Assembly (NCBI GenBank): GCA_963799775.1
Contig: CAWCYD010000003.1
Location: forward strand, 1,992,128-2,056,127
DNA from: an uncultured archaeon
GTDB lineage: Archaea; Thermoproteota; Nitrososphaeria; Nitrososphaerales; Gagatemarchaeaceae
Direction of reading: 5' to 3'
Length of the DNA stretch: 64,000 nucleotides
In this document: positions 60,300-64,000 of the stretch, one piece after another
How positions within the stretch are numbered: the first letter of the stretch is position 1
Layout: each line of letters begins with the position of its first letter
Notes under the pieces: model-generated
Databases searched by the model: none
What the model was told of the DNA's origin: nothing
What the model saw: the letters and a program-made list of their open reading frames with translations, nothing else
Program-made: the position numbers and the translations under genes

Positions 60300-62743
60300 C
60301 CGCCGGATCGACGCCGCCCTCTACCGCGCCGTGAAGACGGTCGGTGCACGGCAGCGCAGCACGCTGTTCGCGACGTTGCTCGCGGCCTTTGAGGTGTTGC
60401 TCGGCCGGCTCGCCGGGGTCGCGGAGGTGGTTATCGCCGTCCCGACCGCCGGCCAATCGCTGCTGCAGGACCCGATTCTGGTCGGGCACTGCGTCAATCT
60501 GCTGCCGCTGCGCGGCGCCTGGAGCGGCGAGACGCGCTTTACCGACCATCTCGCGGCGGTTGCGAAGCAGGTGCTTGACGCTTACGAGCACCAGGAGTGC
60601 ACGCTGGGGACCATCGTCCGCGAGCTCCATCCGCCGCGCCAGGCGAACCGCCTGCCGCTCAGCGAAATCCAGTTCAACCTCGAACGGCCGGCCGATCGGC
60701 TGCACCTGCCGGGTCTCGACGTCGTGGTCGAGTCGAACCCGAAGGCGCGGGTCAATTTCGACCTGTTCTGGAACATCACCGAGTCCGACGACGCGCTGCG
60801 GATCGATTGCGACTACAACACCGATCTGTTCGATGCGGCAACCGTTGACCGCTGGCTCGAATGCTACGAGACCTTGCTGCAGGCGATCGTGCGCGATCCG
60901 GCCCAGCCGATCTCGCGCCTCGCCTATCTTCCGCCGGCGGAGCTGCGCCGCGTCGTGCATCATCTCAACCAGACCGCGGCGGATTACCCGCGTGGCCAGT
61001 GCGTGCATGAGCTGATCGAGGCCTGCGCGGCGCGCCGGCCCGACGCGGCGGCTGTGACCTGCGGCCGCTCGGTGCTCACCTATCGCGACCTGAACGAGCG
61101 GGCGAACCGGCTGGCCAATGATCTGCTCGCGCGGCTCGGCGGGCCCGGCGCGCGCATCGGCGTCCTGGTCGAGCGCTCGCCCGATATGGTCGTTGCGCTC
61201 CTCGCCGTGCTGAAGGCCGGCGGTGCCTATGTACCGCTCGACCCCGGCCATCCGGCTTCGAGGCTCGGCTTCGTGCTCGCCGATGCCGAGGTGTCCGCAC
61301 TGGTAACCGACCTCGCAGCGGAAAAGCTGCCTTCCATTCCCGGCAGCGGTGATCCATCTCCAGGCCGACCGCGAAGCTATTGCCGCGGCGCCTGCGGCTG
61401 ACTTCCGCCGGCGCCGCGTCGCCCGAGGATGTCGCGATCCTGATCTACACCTCGGGGTTCACCGGGAAGCCGAAAGGGGTCGAGGTCACTCGCCGGTTGT
61501 CAATCTGCTGACGAGCATGGCGCGCGGGCCGAACCCGGCTGCGATGAAGCGGACATCCTGCTGGCGGCGACGACGGTCGCCTTCGACATCGCCGGGCTGG
61601 AGCTGTTCATGCCGTTGACCGTCGGCGGGACCGTCGCGATCGCCGGGCGCGACGAGATCACCGACGGTGACCGGCTGCTGGCGCGTCTCGAAACGTCGGG
61701 GGCAACGATCATGCAGGCCACGCCTGCCGCGTGGCGGCTGCTGATCGAGGCCGGGCTTCCGCTCCCGGCCCGGCTTCAAGATGCTGTGCGGCGGCGAGGC
61801 GTTGCCGCGCGATCTCGCCACGCGCCTGCTCGAAAGGCCGGCGGCGCCCTGTGGGGAATACGGCACCGGTCCGACCGAAACGACGATCTGGTCGTCCTGC
61901 GCAAAAATCGAGGCGGGCGACGCTCCGATCACCGTTGGGCACCCGATCGCGAACACGCAATTTCACCTGCTCGACGCCGATGACCAGCCGGTCCCGACCG
62001 GTGTCCCGGCGAGCTGCACATTGGCGGCGACGGTAGTGGCCAAGGGCTATTTCCGGCGCGACGAGGCGACAGCGGATCGCTTCATTCCCGATCCCTTCGG
62101 CCTGTCGCCCCGCCTGTACCGCACGGGCGATGTCGCCCGCCGGCTTGCGGACGGCCGCATACAGGTGCTGGGGCGACGGGACCACCAGGTCAAGTTGCGC
62201 GGCTTCCGCATCGAGGTCGGCGAGATCGAGGCCGTGCTCGTCGCCGCCGGCGGCGTCGCGGCTGCGGCGGTCGCGTTGCGCGAGGATATTCCCGGCCGGC
62301 AACAGCTCGTCGGCGACCATGCTCGAATGCCCGGCGCGCCGCGCTCGCCGGAAGAGCTGCACGCGCGCCTCGCGGCGGAAGTGCCCGACTATATGATCCC
62401 CGGCACATGGCTGCGGCTGTCGCGGCTGCCGCTCTCGCCGAACGGCAAGCTCGATCGCGCGGCACTGCCGCCCCCGGAGCCGATGCCGCTCGACGCCGTG
62501 GAATTCGCCGCACCCGAGACCGCGCTGGAACAAGCGCTCGCCGCGATTTGGGCAGAGGTCCTCCAGATCGAGCGAGTCAGCCGACTGCACGACCTGATCA
62601 GGCTTGGCGCGGACTCGCTCCACATCTTCCAGATAGCCCGCGCGGGCGAGCCGTCAGGGGATGCGCGTCAGTGCCCGGCTGCTGCTCCGGCACCGCACCG
62701 TCGCCGCGGTGGCAGCGGCATTGGCAACGGCGGGAGAGGTTGA
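60300..62743 (+). CDS. bacterial NRPS, partial: C(part)-A(Gly)-T, multiple frameshifts
   Basis: STLFATLLAAF, VGHCVNLLPLR, LTYRDLN, AYVPLDP, IYTSG.TGKPKGV, FDIAGLELF, MQATP, GGEALP, PTETTIWS, LYRTGD, QVKLRGFRIE, NGKLDR and GADSL motifs. The end is approximate. Confidence 0.88.
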
Positions 62744-62863
62744 CAAGGACGGTCAACGCGGGCCGGCTATCGTCAGTTCGGTCGATCGTCTCTCTTCCGC
62801 CGCCGCATTCGTGCCGCCGCAACGGGCCGCGGCGCAGTGAAGTAAATCCAGAGTTGAGCGCAA

Positions 62864-64000
62864 ATGTTACCACCACGATCCACCCCGGCGAACCCGGTTC
62901 ACACGCTGCCCCGGCAGATCGGCGGGAAGCCGGCGCTACCCGTGTTCCTTGAGCCAGTCGCGCTTCTGGGCGCCCTACCAGCTTGACCCGCACGATACCG
63001 CGCTGAACGTGGCGGTGCGCTGGCGTATCGAGGGCGAATTGGACCCCGCACTGATCGAGCGGGCGTTCGCGTTGATCGTGTCGCGCCATGAGCCTCTGCG
63101 AACCTGGTTCGAGGAGGTCGATGGCGACGTCGCCCAGATTGTCGAGCCCCTTGGTCCAGGCGCACGTTCCCTCGATCCATCTGACGACGCTGGCGGAAGA
63201 TGCAGTGATCGCCAGATGCGACCAGATTGCCCAGACCGAGGCACGCAGGCCGTTCGATCTGGCGGCGCCACCGCTCATCCGCGTGACGCATGTTCGCCTT
63301 CGTCGCGACCTTGCGATCCTGCTGGTGACTGCGCATCACACGGTGTGCGATGGCTGGTCGATAGGTCTGCTCGCCGCCGAAATGGGCGAGATTTGCGCCG
63401 CGCTGCAAGCGGGGCGTCCGCCCGATCTGTCCGATCTGCCGGTCACCTATGGCGAATTCTCGACCCGCCAGCGGCAGCTCGTCGCCGCCGGTAATCTTGC
63501 TGAGGACGAGCGCTACTGGGCGCGGGCGCTCGAGGGCATGTCGTATTTCGAGCTGCCGCCCGATCGTGCGCGCAGCCGATCCCTCGCCAGCCGGAGATAT
63601 CCGCTCGCGGCTGCTGGATCGCGCGCTGACGGATGGGCTCGTCGCGCTCTCCCGCCGGCATGGCTGCACCTTGTTCATGACCGCGCTGACCGCGTTGCAG
63701 ACATTGCTGCACCGCTATACCGGCGAGAGCGATATCGCCATCGGTACGCAGGTGACCGGCCGCAATGATGTCGAGTCGAGCATCTCGTCGGCCCGTTCAT
63801 CAACACGATCGTCATCCGCGGCGACCTGTCGGGCGATCCGCGATTTGCCGCGTTGCTCGAGCGGGTGCGCGAAAGCGTCACCGATGCCCTCGACCACGCC
63901 GAGCTGCCGCTCGAAAGATTCGATCCAGTCCCTGAAGCCGATCCGTCAGGCCGGTCAAAACGGTCTTTTTTCGGTGAATTTCATCTTCCAGCGTTCTTTC
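62864..64000 (+). CDS. bacterial NRPS condensation-domain protein, partial, frameshifted
   Basis: Q.RFW, RHEPLRT, PFDL, HHTVCDGWS, YW, LP.DR, TLFMT.L and GPFINT motifs. Runs off the window end. Confidence 0.85.

Noticed and set aside
60300-64000. Native archaeal NRPS biosynthetic cluster
   Set aside because: It begins mid-domain after abrupt junctions and has bacterial codon usage. A chimera is more parsimonious until spanning reads are shown.
293-64000. Numerous long antisense and overlapping ORFs in the track (e.g. 293-1099, 2546-3562, 21030-21959, 60070-61251)
   Set aside because: They are shadow frames of GC-rich genes with biased composition and no motifs.

Overview
Positions 1 to ~59,970 are a high-GC archaeal chromosome segment. 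A PriL-PriX-type primase, a thaumarchaeal-type P-II, TATA boxes about 30 nt upstream of starts, and AGG/ATA codon usage suggest a non-ammonia-oxidising Nitrososphaerota/TACK lineage (inference). About 20 genes, including essential priL, carry single-base frameshifts, best explained as uncorrected long-read indels. The segment contains: two Fe3+/AfuABC-family ABC importers whose binding proteins carry class III (prepilin-type) signal peptides; a split xanthine-dehydrogenase-family Mo-hydroxylase (coxM-coxS and coxL) interrupted by a Cys-rich GidA-like flavoprotein, close to P-II, MFS paralogs, signal-less binding-protein-fold genes and an FAA hydrolase; two stand-alone tnpB elements with recognisable omega-RNA/right ends; a lower-GC patch with an EarA-like activator and surface proteins; a stand-alone enlarged NurA plus HerA pair; a bactofilin-like beta-helix gene in an ABC-exporter operon; and msrB, FKBP, hflX and other housekeeping genes. 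At ~59,968 and again at ~60,300 the sequence switches abruptly to bacterial DNA: first a short promoter fragment with a Shine-Dalgarno site, then a proteobacterial-style NRPS (C-A[Gly]-T followed by C) entered mid-domain. This is most likely a chimeric join. I found no CRISPR array, tRNA or rRNA. All calls come from motif recognition by eye; no database searches were run.
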